Made by a program: the position numbers and the translations under genes | Notes under the pieces: generated by a model | Seen by the model: the letters and a program-made list of their open reading frames with translations, nothing else | What the model was told of the DNA's origin: nothing | Database searches by the model: none | Part shown: positions 1 to 10,046 of the stretch, piece by piece | How the letters are laid out: the number at the start of each line of letters is the position of its first letter | Position numbering within the stretch: the stretch's first letter is position 1 | Sequence record: ON529853.1 | Direction: 5' to 3' (one strand) | DNA: 64,000 bases

Positions 1-212
1 ATGTAACCCCCGGCGGCGCCGACGATCGAGCCAAAGGTGCCGTGGGGGACGCTGGCGCCGCCCGCCCCCCAGGCCTTGACCTCGATCAACTTGCATCCTG
101 CGGGGATTTTGCGAAGTTCGCGAGTCCGCGTGAAGTTGATGATGTTCAGGCCCAGCGTGAGCGGGACGGCCGAGGCGCTACGCGCGGCGGCGACGAAGCC
201 AGGGATCAACAT
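1..212 (-). CDS. 5' part of a glycine-rich-module virion protein (runs off the window edge)
   Basis: ATG at 212 overlaps the fibre stop (TGATG). Reads MLIPGFVAAARSASAVPLTLGLNIINFTRTRELRKIPAGCKLIEVKAWGAGGASVPHGTFGSIVGAAGGY, the same 'xWGxGG...GGY' module start seen in the 48.3-56.4 kb protein. Not in the ORF track. Confidence 0.75.
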   Translation of the reverse strand, partial: MLIPGFVAAARSASAVPLTLGLNIINFTRTRELRKIPAGCKLIEVKAWGAGGASVPHGTFGSIVGAAGGY

Positions 213-3200
213 CAGACCGGCTCCAGATCGCCGAACAGCGTCCAGACGTCGGGCGCGGTCTGCACCAGCGACGCCACGGAATGAGGCCTACGCAGACGCG
301 GCATCATGTCCGCCGGATATTCCAGCGTGACGCCCGCTCCGGCCAGGACCGTGAGGGTCCCGGCGGCGCCGCGTTTCACCGAGACCGAGGCGCCCACAGG
401 GAAGGCCACAGCCGAATGCGGAGGCACCGTGACGGTCCGGTTGAACGTCGAGGCGAAGGTGCGGAAACCGCGCCGGTCGTCCAGCGTGAGGACATAGTCC
501 CCGTCTGCTTCAGCCTGGACGCTGATCTTCAACAGGTCCTGCTCGAACGCCGGAGCGAGATCGTCGGTCGTCGTCAGACGCCGCCACCCTTGCACCGGCG
601 GAGTCGAGACCATGACGATCTGGCCCGGCGCGCCGGGCACACCGGACGCGGGCGTGTTCGTCGGCGGAACGCCAATGCCGATCCCGGTCTGATAGTGGGG
701 ATCATCCGTACCGCCAGGCACGAGCCGATCGCCCGCAACGAGGGTGCCGACAACGCCTGCGGCTGCGTTCAGGTAGCCAGACCCGCCGCCGCCCGCGCGA
801 CCATCGCCGCCGCCGCCGCCGCCGCCGTAATAGCCGCCGCCGCCGCCCGCGCCATCGTCCGCCGTCGTCACGAAGCGATCAGCGCCCGCGCCGCCGACGC
901 CGCCCATCAGGTAGCCGCCGAACTTGTCCGACGCCGCCGGTGTGGCGGCGGCATAACCGCCCGCCGTCTGCGTGCCGCCCGTGCCGCCGCTGCTGCTGGC
1001 GTTTTGACCCGCCACGCCGCCGCCGGCGCCGCCGGCCGTGACATAGCCGCTGCCGCCGCCGCCGCCGCCAGCGACCGCCATCAGGACGCCATTCTTCCAT
1101 ACACGGGCCGAACCGCCGCCGCCGCCGGGCATGACGTCGCCCATGCGGCCTTCGCCGCCGTCAGGCCAGCCGCCGAAGCCCGCGCCAACAGACCCCGGCG
1201 TGCGAATCCCTGCGCCGCCGCCCGTGGGAACGTCCAGTTCGATGACGTCACCGTCCGCGACCGGAATGGTCGCCACGGTGAACCCGCCTGCGCCTGACGT
1301 TCCCCCCTGGGAGCCGCTATAGGAGCCGCCGCCGCCGCCCGCGCCCCACATGTGGAACGTCAGGCTGGTGTAGGGTCCGACGACCGTGAAGGTCTGCCGG
1401 GCGCCGGTGGCCTGATAGGTCTGGGTCGCGGGCAGGGTGTTGGGCACCAGAGTCGCAACCCAGGCCTCGCCAATGTCGTCGCGACGCTGATAGATGGTCC
1501 CGAGCGGCGCGACGACTTCCGGCTCGCCCGTGCCGGCCACGCCGGTTTCCGGCGTTTCCGGCGTCCACTGGCCGTCCCGGTAGGTCAGCACCGTCCCTTG
1601 AGTCGCCGCCGTGTCGGCGACGTTGACCAGGTCCGTCAGCGACAGATTTCCGGTATAGCGCGACCACCCGCCCTGCGGCTCCGCCGGCCCCTTCAGGATC
1701 ACGGAGACAAAGCCCGCCTCCGTCATGCCCGTGAAGGCCGCCTTCGGGGCGATCGACGCGGAAGCCGAGACGACGGCCGAAGCCAGGACGGCGCGGCGGT
1801 TTGAAGTGCTCACCGTGCCGGAGTCCTGCGCCAGGACGGTCCAGGGCGCGGTGACCGTCAGGGTCGCCGAGGACGGTCGTACGGCATAGAGCGCCAGGGC
1901 CAGAGAATCATGGTTCTCCGGGGCCGTCAGCGGTGCGCGGTCGACCCCGGAGGCCGACGCCAGGTAGGTCGTCTGATCTTCCCAGACGATTCCCGCGACG
2001 GCGTCCTCCCACGACGACAAGCCGGCAATCTCGAAGATCGCGACGGCGCCGGCGCTCGTGATGCTGGGCGTGGAGCCCGTGACGAAAGGCGTCAGGGTGG
2101 CGGTGTCGGCTCCGGTCGCCTGTCGATAGGCCATGGCCGGGATCACGCGATCCGCGCTCGAAACCGGCGCGTCCGGCACCAGGGTCCAACCGGAACCTGC
2201 CGTCGGGACGGTCTGCTCACACAGCAGCGCCACGAGCCAGTTCCCCGCTTGGGGCGTCGCCGGCAGGACCGCCGTGACCGGCGCGGGACCGGAGGCCCCC
2301 GTCGACACCATGGCGAGAACCTGCTGGACGATCGTCGGCGCCGGTGCCAAGGTCGGGGGATGGAAGTCGCTCTGGTAGACCTGCTGGGTCAGTTCGTCGA
2401 TGTAGAACGACCCCGCCGGCTTCAGGTCGACCGGAGGGCCTTCCCCTGAACCGATTTCGGCGTTCTCCAGGAAGAGCCCGCGTACGCCTGCGCCGGGACG
2501 CCAGGCGCCGCCTTTGAACGTGAGGACGTTGTCTTCCGCAGGCGGCGTGTCAAACGTGACGTCGGTCAGTTCCGACAGGGCGGGAACGCCGCCCGACGAC
2601 GCCGGCAGATTGCGGGCGCTCCAGACGCCATCCTTGAAGGTCAGGACCTGATCCGCCGCCGGGGCGGTGCTCAGGTCGACGCCGTCAAGCTGCCCGAGAC
2701 GATCGGGCAGGCGCTGCCACTGTCCGCTCGTGCCCGGCGCATCCGTCGCGCCGTTCACCAGGCAGATGTAGAAGACGCCGTCATGGGTGACGGTGTCGCC
2801 GGCCACATAGGGCTCGGCCGAGTAGACGCCGTTGCAGCGGATGTAGCTGAGCCGCACGTCGTCGGAACCACGATCAGACGTACCGTCTTTAGCGTACCGC
2901 AGGCGGATGGTGCGGGTCCCCGTAGCCAAGGGCGTCGTGAAGGTCTTGAAAGGATTCTCGGCGCCGCTGTCGGACAGGACCTGCACGTCGTCGACGTACA
3001 CCCGGAAAAGATCGACAGACGGTTCACTCTGCACCCGATACCGCAACGTGAGGTTGGGCGTCGTGGCATCAGCCACGACGGTGAAGGTGAACTCCGTCGC
3101 CGAGTTGGCCCCGATGATCGGAGACTTCAGCACCTTGGTGTAGGGTGCGTCGTCTTGATCGACAATGGCCCAGCCGGCGGCGTAGGCGTTAGCGAAGACG

Positions 3201-6200
3201 TCGGGAGGGAATCCCTCGAAATCGTAGGTGACGTATCCCGTCGTGACCCCATACTCGCCACGATGCGTCGGAATCTTCAGCGTGCCGTCCGCGAAGGGCA
3301 GGAACTCCAGCCCTTGCCCGTCCGCACGGACCGCGACGACCTTGCCGCCCTGGCCGGCATAGCTGGCGGGGGCGTCGATCAAGCGCGTGAAGGCGATCCG
3401 GTCCCGCGACCCCGTGGGGTAGAGGGTCGGCGCGGTCCATCCGGTCGCCGTGCCGCGCGAATAGGCGGTGGTCCAGTTGGTGCCGTCATCGGAATACTGG
3501 ACATCCCAGGCGATCGCACCGGTGCGGGTTCCGGCCGTCGTCAGTGAGACGTGCCCGATCTCGACCGGAGCGGCGAAATCGTACCGCAGCCACGTCCCGG
3601 TCGAGGCGTTGAACACCGACTGCCAATAGGTCGCGGTGTCCGCGTCGAACGCCTTGTCGGCGCTGTAGGTCGCGCTGCGGGTCGAGGACGCCGAAGGCGT
3701 TCCGCCGACCGCCAGTTGCGGGCCGCCGAAGACATGGGACATCACGACGTCGCGCACGGTGATGTAATCCGACACCGCCGTGCGGAAGTAGATACGCCAG
3801 CGCGTGTGGGCGCCGAACGACAGGTGCGCTGATACCGGCGCCACGTCTGACAGCCAGGCGCCGTTGCGGTAGGTCATGACCTGGTCGGCCGAGGGCTCGA
3901 CGGACACGTCCGACAGGTCGTTCAGCTTCGTGACCGACGGCACATAGGTCAGCGCCACGCCTGCGGCGTCCACGGCGACCAGCTTGCCGCCCTGCCCGCC
4001 CAGAGGGCCGGGTCCATCACCCAGCCGCGCGAAGGCCTGCTTCGACTGGGTCGGAGCCAGTTCCAGCGTCGCTCCATTGGCCCAGGAGGCGCGGACGTCC
4101 TTCCAGGCCGTGATCCAGGTGACGCCGTCATCGGAATACTGGACGCCGAGCGACGTCGCCGTGCGGCTGCTGTCCACGGTCAAGGTGACGTGGTTCACCT
4201 CCACCGGCGTCGGGAAGGCATAGCGAATCCAGGCGCCGTCGTTGTCGCCGTTGTTCTGCCACTTCGTGAGCGGATCGCCGTCAAACGCGTTGGCCGCGAC
4301 CTGCCCAGGCCAGGCCGTGGACGACGATGCCGTCCCGCCCGTCGCCAGTTGCGGGCCTCCGGCCGCCGCGCGGAAGATCAGTTCCTTGGCCGTGACCCAA
4401 CTGGCGGTGGAGGTGTTGTGGAAGATCACGCGCCAGTAGGCGTGGGCGCCGAATTTCACTTCGGACGGGGGCGGGGTTTCATGCTGCCAGGCGCCGTCGC
4501 GGAAGGTCAGGACCTCACCCGGCTGCGGCGCGGCCGTCCAGGGGCCGACGTCAGGCAGGTCCGCCAAGGCCGGATAGGTCGAGGAGACCATCACCTGACC
4601 AGCGAAAGAGTCGAAAGCGCCGTAGTTCCAGGTGCTGGTGCGCGTCGAGTTGGCGACGAGGCGCACCGATCGCGTCAGTGGCGGCAAGGCGTGCGTTACC
4701 GTCCCCGTCTGCCACGCGGCCGTGGTGAGGTACTGAGGCGAGGCGCCGCTGTCGATCGGCACGCCGGCGGCGTCAAGGGCCTCGATCGTGACCTGAGCCC
4801 GAGTCGCCTCCGTGCTGGTATAGATGTAGCGGAACGCCACAGTCACCGTGCCGCGCCCGGCGTCGATGAAGTCCGCGAGCGCGGGATCAAGCGCAATCGT
4901 CTGCGCCATTTCACACACGCCGGTATTCTGCGTCGCGCGGAAAGCATTGGCGCCGTCCGAGCCCGGCACAGCACCGGCCGTAAAGGCGCCGGCCGTCATC
5001 GTCCAGCCGGTCACACCCAACTCGGCTCCGGGATTGACGATCTCCAGCGGCAGGGCCTGACGCGCAGGATCGAGTTCGGCGGGGGCGAGATCATCCGCCG
5101 TCCAGACTCCGTCGCGATAGACGAGGCCCTGGCCGTCAACCGGCGGGGTCGTCAGATCGACGTCGGTCAGCGCCGCCAGGCTGGTGGTCAGGGCGTCGCC
5201 GTCCAGGGCGACCTTGATCCAGGCCGGCTCCAGGTTCTCCCCGTAGCGGTGCAGGGTGTCAAAATAGATCGCCGCATAGGCCCAGAGCGGCGAACCGGCG
5301 CCCAGGGTGGCCGTCACGGTGGCGTCGGCGTCCGGGTCGAGCGACCACGTCCCCGCGACGGACATGTTGAGGGCGTCGACGCGGTCCGCAATCGGCTCGT
5401 TGCCGAATTCACCCCGCAGGGTTCCAGGCGTGGTTCCGCCCTTCTCGAACAGGGCGCCGATCGCGAACGTGTAGGGACTGGAGGTCGGGGCCGTGTAGGC
5501 GGCCGGGGCGAAGGCGCCCGACGTCGAACCCGCCGCAAAGGCGGTCTGGTAGAAGTCAGCCCAGGCGTCGCCCAGGCCTGACACCTCATAGACAGCCCAG
5601 GCGTCTTCCGGGGTCGCCGTCGCCGTGATCGGCAGGGGGCTGGCCTCGGTATCGTCGATCTTCCGATAGGCGATGGTGACGTTGATGTCGGCGCCGGGCG
5701 CGGTGTTCACCACGGTCCACAGGGCGTCAAGCGACACCGGTCCGGAGGTCCCCGACGCGTACACCAGGATCAACCAGTTGCCGGCCTGAATCGGCTGGTC
5801 GTAAGCCCAGGTCAGCGGCCCCGGATTCGGCGACACGAAGCCACGGGTCTGCTCGATCTTGGCCGCCAGGCGCGGCGTCGCGCGCGACACATAGAGGTCG
5901 CCGGGATCGTGGCGCATGTAGAGCGACCCGGACGGCATGGCCCAGTCGGGCACGCCGACACCGGATTCAATCTGGCGCCCATCGTAGATATAGATTGGAT
6001 AGTCGCCGCCGGGTCCGGAACCGTCCGGCGTCCGTGCTTCCCAGTAGCCGCTGCCCTCGACCCCGGAGTCGATCCAGGTCAGGACCTGACCATTGGTCGG
6101 GTTGGGCGGCTGGCGCACATCGCCCAACATGCTCAGGCGCATGCGGCGGGCGCGCCAGACGCCGCCGACGTCAACGACGTTGACGTAGGTCAGAACCTCG

Positions 6201-9200
6201 CCGAATTCAGGCGAGGGTTCCGTCAGGTCAACGTCGACGAGATCGTCCAGCGTGGTCGGAATCATCGGCGGGTTCAGCAGGTCCGCGTAGTCGACCTTGG
6301 CCGCGTCCTCGGCCGTCCACACGCCGTCTTTGAACGTCAGCAGTTGATCGGCCGTCGGCGCGACCGTGAGATCGACGTCCGTCAAGTCGTTCAGCGTCGC
6401 CGGGATCGACGGTTTGGGGACGAACTCCAGTCCACTCTCGTCGGCCTTGACCTGGACCAGCTTGTTCGCCTGGGCGACGTAGGTCGAAGGCGTGTCGCGA
6501 TGGTCAAGGAAGCTGGTGGTCACGCCCGGTCGCGTGAAGACGCGCTGCTGCGCGGTCGTCCATCCGGTCTGGCCCGCCACGGTCCAACCGGCGAACCAGG
6601 TCACGCCGTCGTCGGAATACTGCACGCGCAGCACTTCAGGCGAATAGTTGGTCGCCCACCCCGCCACCGCCGACGCGGTGACGGCGATTTCCTGCAACGC
6701 CACCGGGGCGGCGAAATGATAGCCGATCCAAGCGTCCGGAAGCGCGGCCGTCCAGGCGTCCCCGGTCGTGCCGTCAAAGGCGCCGTTCTGGTTCCCGCCC
6801 GTACCGATCGCCGTTCCGCCGGTCGCCTGTTGCGGCCCGCCGGGGACGGCGCGCAGCAGCAGTTCCGCGATGACGACGGTGGTCGTTCCGGGATAGGCGG
6901 CGGTGTCGTCCACGACGACGCGCCAGTAGGCGTGGCGACCGAGATCGGTCGGGCTCGTGACCGGGGTCCAAAGCCCGCCGCGACGGCCCAGGAGATCACC
7001 ATCCTGCTGACCGGCGGTGGCGGCGTCCGTGAGATCATCCAACGCGATGTCAGGCAGGACGGTCGCCGCCGGCGGCTCCGCGATCCATTCGCCGTCTTTG
7101 AAGGTCAGCACCTCGCCGTTGACCGGCGCCGGATTCAGGTTGACGTCGCCCAGGTCGGCCAGGTCGGAGATCGGCGGCGTGAACACCGCATACTCCAGCT
7201 TGGTGCCGTCCTCGCTGACCCGGACGACCTTGCCGCCATGGGCCGTCATCGGCCCCGGAGAATCCGAAAGCTGGGCGAACGACAGCTTGGCGCGCGTGGG
7301 AATCGATTCGAGCGTCTCGGCGGCGCCCCAGCCCGAAACCCGCGTCTCGCTCCAGGCGGTGATCCAGGTCAGGCCGCCGTCGTCCGAAAACTGTACGTCC
7401 CAGGCAATCGGCAACTGGCGCAGCGCCGCCGGCGTCAAGGTCAGGGCGTTGATTTCGACAGGGGCGGCGAAGGTGTAGCGCAGCCAGGACTCATCGGCCG
7501 CGTCGGACGGCGCGCGCCAATAGGTGGCGGGGTCGTCGTCGAAGGCGGCGGCGGCGGGAAAGCCCGAAGGCTCCGCGCTGGCGGCGGGCGTCCCGCCGAC
7601 GGCCGCCTGAGGCAGGCCCGCCCCCTCACGCAAGATCAGCGCGGTGATGTCGATGGCGACGGCGGCGGGCGTGCGGAAGAACAAACGCCAGTCGCGGTGT
7701 TCGCCGAAGCGCAGGCCTTCCCCGGCGATCGCCTGGGGCGGGGCGTAGACCCAGACGCCGTTGTAGAAGGTCAGCAGGTCGCCGTTCAAGGGCGTGCCCG
7801 CCGAGAAGTCGACATCCGTCAGGTCGTCGAGCGCCTGGGGGATGGCCGCCGTCGCCGAGGGTTGCGGAGTCCAGAAGCCGCTTTTGTAGGTCAGGACGTA
7901 GTCTTCGGTCGGCGGGCCGTCGGGATAGGCGACGTCCGTCAACTCGACCAGCGCGTTGGCGCCGCCGCCGGTTGCGGGCACGGGCTCGGAGCCCCAAACG
8001 CCGTCGCGGTAGGTCAGCACCTCGCCCGCCGCCGGATCGACGATCGTGACGTCCGTCAATTGGTCGAGGGTGGTCGCACCGCCGCCGCCGCCGCCCGAGG
8101 GGGCCGGCACGAAGATCAGGCCCGTGCCCGCCGGGTTGACGGCGACGAACTTGTTCTGGGCGTTCTGGTAGTTCGCGGGCGTGTCGGTTAGACCGATGAA
8201 GGCGACGTCCACCGCGTTGAGGACGTATTCGAATCCGTCCTCATTACCGTTGACGCGGACGAAGCGTCCGCCGGCGCCGACCATGGAGGCGACGCCGGCC
8301 ATTTCAGTGATCGAGGGGCGCACATATTCCAGCGCCGTGCCGTTGGCGTTGACCCGCAGATAGCGCAGCGCGTTCGCCGGGGCCATCGCGCCGGGGCCGT
8401 CGGACAGATCAGCCAGCTTCAGGCGGCCGAAGACCATGCCGCTCTGGGTCGAGTTGACCCGCAGCACCATGCCGGCGGCGTCCGTGTAGACGTTCGGCGT
8501 GTCGGACAGTTCGGTGAGACGCAGGGACCCGAAGATCAGGCGGTCTTCATCCGGGGCGACCCGCGCCATCTTGCCGGCCTGCCCCGTGAAGCTGTTCGGC
8601 GTGTCCAGGAGTTCGGTGAAGTTGACCGGACCGCCCGTTCCCGGCGCATATTCCCAGCCGGTGCCCGCCGCGTTGACGCGCAGGTAGGTGAGGGCGTCAG
8701 CGAACACCGGGGCGCCCGGACCATTCGACAGGTCGGCGACCGTCGGCATGGCGAATTGAACGCCGTTGTTGGTGGCGTTTACCTGGACGAACTTGCCCGA
8801 CTGCCCGGCATAGGAGTTCGGGAAATCCGAGTTCTCGCGCAGGTAGGGGGTGGCGTAGGTCAGGCCAGAGCCGCCGGCGTTGACGACGACGTGGCGGTTT
8901 GCGGAGCCCGCGTAGCTGTTGGGCGTGTCGTCCAGATCGACGAACGAGTTGACGTTGGCGGCCGAGGAGACGAACTCCAGCCGGGTGCCGGCGGCGTTGA
9001 CCGCCACCAGGCTGCCGGCGTTCCCGGCCAGGGAGGAGGGCGTGTCAGTCAGTTGGGCGAAAGACATCGCCAGCGTCCACGGACTCCAGGAATTGGTCGC
9101 GGCGTTGTAGCGGAGCAGTTGCCCGTCGGTCGGCATTCCCGACACGTCGGACAGGTCGCGCAGCAGTCCCATGCCCGAAATGGGGTCAGGAACGACGAAG

Positions 9201-9559
9201 CGCACGTCGGCGCCGTCCGACACCACCAGACCGATCCGATTGGCGGGAAGTTCCGCCGACAAGCCGGTTCCGGCGACCTTGACCACGACCGAGGCCGTGC
9301 CCTGGTTCTCGATGGCGAACCAGCGCGGCGTCCCCGGAACCGTCACGGTCCGCGCCGCCGTATGCCCCGCGAACTGAAGCAGGAAATACTTGGTGAACTG
9401 ATCGGTGTTGAGGGTGACGTCACCCGCTGCCAGCGACACCGTCAACGCGTCGTTCATCGCCGCTTCGAGAATGGCGATCGCGGTATTGATCGTCGCCTCC
9501 TTCTGCTCCTGGTTGGCGGCAACCTGGGGCAGGTGGAGAATCGGGGTGTAGTCGGTCAT
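212..9559 (-). CDS. Giant tail fibre/adhesin (3115 aa): DUF2793-like N-terminus, LxDLxDV/DTPxSY spacer repeats, four discoidin-like 'GxHxxWR' domains, one Gly-rich module
   Basis: N-terminus MTDYTPILHLPQVAANQEQKEATINTAIAILE resembles DUF2793; repeated FGEHRDWR, LGRHAYWR, FGAHAYWR, FGAHTRWR domains; lies downstream of the tail-tip genes. Confidence 0.85.
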   Translation of the reverse strand: MTDYTPILHLPQVAANQEQKEATINTAIAILEAAMNDALTVSLAAGDVTLNTDQFTKYFLLQFAGHTAARTVTVPGTPRWFAIENQGTASVVVKVAGTGLSAELPANRIGLVVSDGADVRFVVPDPISGMGLLRDLSDVSGMPTDGQLLRYNAATNSWSPWTLAMSFAQLTDTPSSLAGNAGSLVAVNAAGTRLEFVSSAANVNSFVDLDDTPNSYAGSANRHVVVNAGGSGLTYATPYLRENSDFPNSYAGQSGKFVQVNATNNGVQFAMPTVADLSNGPGAPVFADALTYLRVNAAGTGWEYAPGTGGPVNFTELLDTPNSFTGQAGKMARVAPDEDRLIFGSLRLTELSDTPNVYTDAAGMVLRVNSTQSGMVFGRLKLADLSDGPGAMAPANALRYLRVNANGTALEYVRPSITEMAGVASMVGAGGRFVRVNGNEDGFEYVLNAVDVAFIGLTDTPANYQNAQNKFVAVNPAGTGLIFVPAPSGGGGGGATTLDQLTDVTIVDPAAGEVLTYRDGVWGSEPVPATGGGANALVELTDVAYPDGPPTEDYVLTYKSGFWTPQPSATAAIPQALDDLTDVDFSAGTPLNGDLLTFYNGVWVYAPPQAIAGEGLRFGEHRDWRLFFRTPAAVAIDITALILREGAGLPQAAVGGTPAASAEPSGFPAAAAFDDDPATYWRAPSDAADESWLRYTFAAPVEINALTLTPAALRQLPIAWDVQFSDDGGLTWITAWSETRVSGWGAAETLESIPTRAKLSFAQLSDSPGPMTAHGGKVVRVSEDGTKLEYAVFTPPISDLADLGDVNLNPAPVNGEVLTFKDGEWIAEPPAATVLPDIALDDLTDAATAGQQDGDLLGRRGGLWTPVTSPTDLGRHAYWRVVVDDTAAYPGTTTVVIAELLLRAVPGGPQQATGGTAIGTGGNQNGAFDGTTGDAWTAALPDAWIGYHFAAPVALQEIAVTASAVAGWATNYSPEVLRVQYSDDGVTWFAGWTVAGQTGWTTAQQRVFTRPGVTTSFLDHRDTPSTYVAQANKLVQVKADESGLEFVPKPSIPATLNDLTDVDLTVAPTADQLLTFKDGVWTAEDAAKVDYADLLNPPMIPTTLDDLVDVDLTEPSPEFGEVLTYVNVVDVGGVWRARRMRLSMLGDVRQPPNPTNGQVLTWIDSGVEGSGYWEARTPDGSGPGGDYPIYIYDGRQIESGVGVPDWAMPSGSLYMRHDPGDLYVSRATPRLAAKIEQTRGFVSPNPGPLTWAYDQPIQAGNWLILVYASGTSGPVSLDALWTVVNTAPGADINVTIAYRKIDDTEASPLPITATATPEDAWAVYEVSGLGDAWADFYQTAFAAGSTSGAFAPAAYTAPTSSPYTFAIGALFEKGGTTPGTLRGEFGNEPIADRVDALNMSVAGTWSLDPDADATVTATLGAGSPLWAYAAIYFDTLHRYGENLEPAWIKVALDGDALTTSLAALTDVDLTTPPVDGQGLVYRDGVWTADDLAPAELDPARQALPLEIVNPGAELGVTGWTMTAGAFTAGAVPGSDGANAFRATQNTGVCEMAQTIALDPALADFIDAGRGTVTVAFRYIYTSTEATRAQVTIEALDAAGVPIDSGASPQYLTTAAWQTGTVTHALPPLTRSVRLVANSTRTSTWNYGAFDSFAGQVMVSSTYPALADLPDVGPWTAAPQPGEVLTFRDGAWQHETPPPSEVKFGAHAYWRVIFHNTSTASWVTAKELIFRAAAGGPQLATGGTASSSTAWPGQVAANAFDGDPLTKWQNNGDNDGAWIRYAFPTPVEVNHVTLTVDSSRTATSLGVQYSDDGVTWITAWKDVRASWANGATLELAPTQSKQAFARLGDGPGPLGGQGGKLVAVDAAGVALTYVPSVTKLNDLSDVSVEPSADQVMTYRNGAWLSDVAPVSAHLSFGAHTRWRIYFRTAVSDYITVRDVVMSHVFGGPQLAVGGTPSASSTRSATYSADKAFDADTATYWQSVFNASTGTWLRYDFAAPVEIGHVSLTTAGTRTGAIAWDVQYSDDGTNWTTAYSRGTATGWTAPTLYPTGSRDRIAFTRLIDAPASYAGQGGKVVAVRADGQGLEFLPFADGTLKIPTHRGEYGVTTGYVTYDFEGFPPDVFANAYAAGWAIVDQDDAPYTKVLKSPIIGANSATEFTFTVVADATTPNLTLRYRVQSEPSVDLFRVYVDDVQVLSDSGAENPFKTFTTPLATGTRTIRLRYAKDGTSDRGSDDVRLSYIRCNGVYSAEPYVAGDTVTHDGVFYICLVNGATDAPGTSGQWQRLPDRLGQLDGVDLSTAPAADQVLTFKDGVWSARNLPASSGGVPALSELTDVTFDTPPAEDNVLTFKGGAWRPGAGVRGLFLENAEIGSGEGPPVDLKPAGSFYIDELTQQVYQSDFHPPTLAPAPTIVQQVLAMVSTGASGPAPVTAVLPATPQAGNWLVALLCEQTVPTAGSGWTLVPDAPVSSADRVIPAMAYRQATGADTATLTPFVTGSTPSITSAGAVAIFEIAGLSSWEDAVAGIVWEDQTTYLASASGVDRAPLTAPENHDSLALALYAVRPSSATLTVTAPWTVLAQDSGTVSTSNRRAVLASAVVSASASIAPKAAFTGMTEAGFVSVILKGPAEPQGGWSRYTGNLSLTDLVNVADTAATQGTVLTYRDGQWTPETPETGVAGTGEPEVVAPLGTIYQRRDDIGEAWVATLVPNTLPATQTYQATGARQTFTVVGPYTSLTFHMWGAGGGGGSYSGSQGGTSGAGGFTVATIPVADGDVIELDVPTGGGAGIRTPGSVGAGFGGWPDGGEGRMGDVMPGGGGGSARVWKNGVLMAVAGGGGGGSGYVTAGGAGGGVAGQNASSSGGTGGTQTAGGYAAATPAASDKFGGYLMGGVGGAGADRFVTTADDGAGGGGGYYGGGGGGGDGRAGGGGSGYLNAAAGVVGTLVAGDRLVPGGTDDPHYQTGIGIGVPPTNTPASGVPGAPGQIVMVSTPPVQGWRRLTTTDDLAPAFEQDLLKISVQAEADGDYVLTLDDRRGFRTFASTFNRTVTVPPHSAVAFPVGASVSVKRGAAGTLTVLAGAGVTLEYPADMMPRLRRPHSVASLVQTAPDVWTLFGDLEPV

Positions 9560-9593
9560 TGAGGCGTCGCCGGAGAACAGGCTGGAAGAGAAG

Positions 9594-9965
9594 TCAGGCG
9601 GTCAGCAGGAAGACGTCGACGCCGTCCGAAACCACGAGTCGGCGCGCGCCGACCGCAAGAGCGGCGGTCGCGCCCGTCGGCGAGCATTGCAGGGTCAGCG
9701 CCGCCGAGCCCTCGTTGGAGGCGGCGAAGAAACGCGGCGTCGCCGGAAGGGTGACCACCAGCGGCACGGCGTGGCCGCTGAACCGCAGGTGGAAGGCCCG
9801 TGTGAACTCAGCCTTGCTCAGGGTCTTCGGAACCGTGGTCAGGGTGATGACGCGCTGGGCGTTGGCGGCCTGCTCCAGCACCGACACCGCCGTATTGATC
9901 GTCGCTTCTTTTTGGTTCTGGTTGGGGCTGACCTGGGTGATGTCCAGGATCGGGGAGTTCGCCAT
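9594..9965 (-). CDS. DUF2793-like fibre-attachment protein (123 aa)
   Basis: MANSPILDITQVSPNQNQKEATINTAVSVLEQA is paralogous to the fibre N-terminus. Confidence 0.8.
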   Translation of the reverse strand: MANSPILDITQVSPNQNQKEATINTAVSVLEQAANAQRVITLTTVPKTLSKAEFTRAFHLRFSGHAVPLVVTLPATPRFFAASNEGSAALTLQCSPTGATAALAVGARRLVVSDGVDVFLLTA

Positions 9966-10046
9966 CTATCATCCATGCCGAAACCGGCCGTCGCACAGGA
10001 CAGCGCGGGAGCGCCGGACAAGCCCGGCGCGATTACAGAGGGGGTC

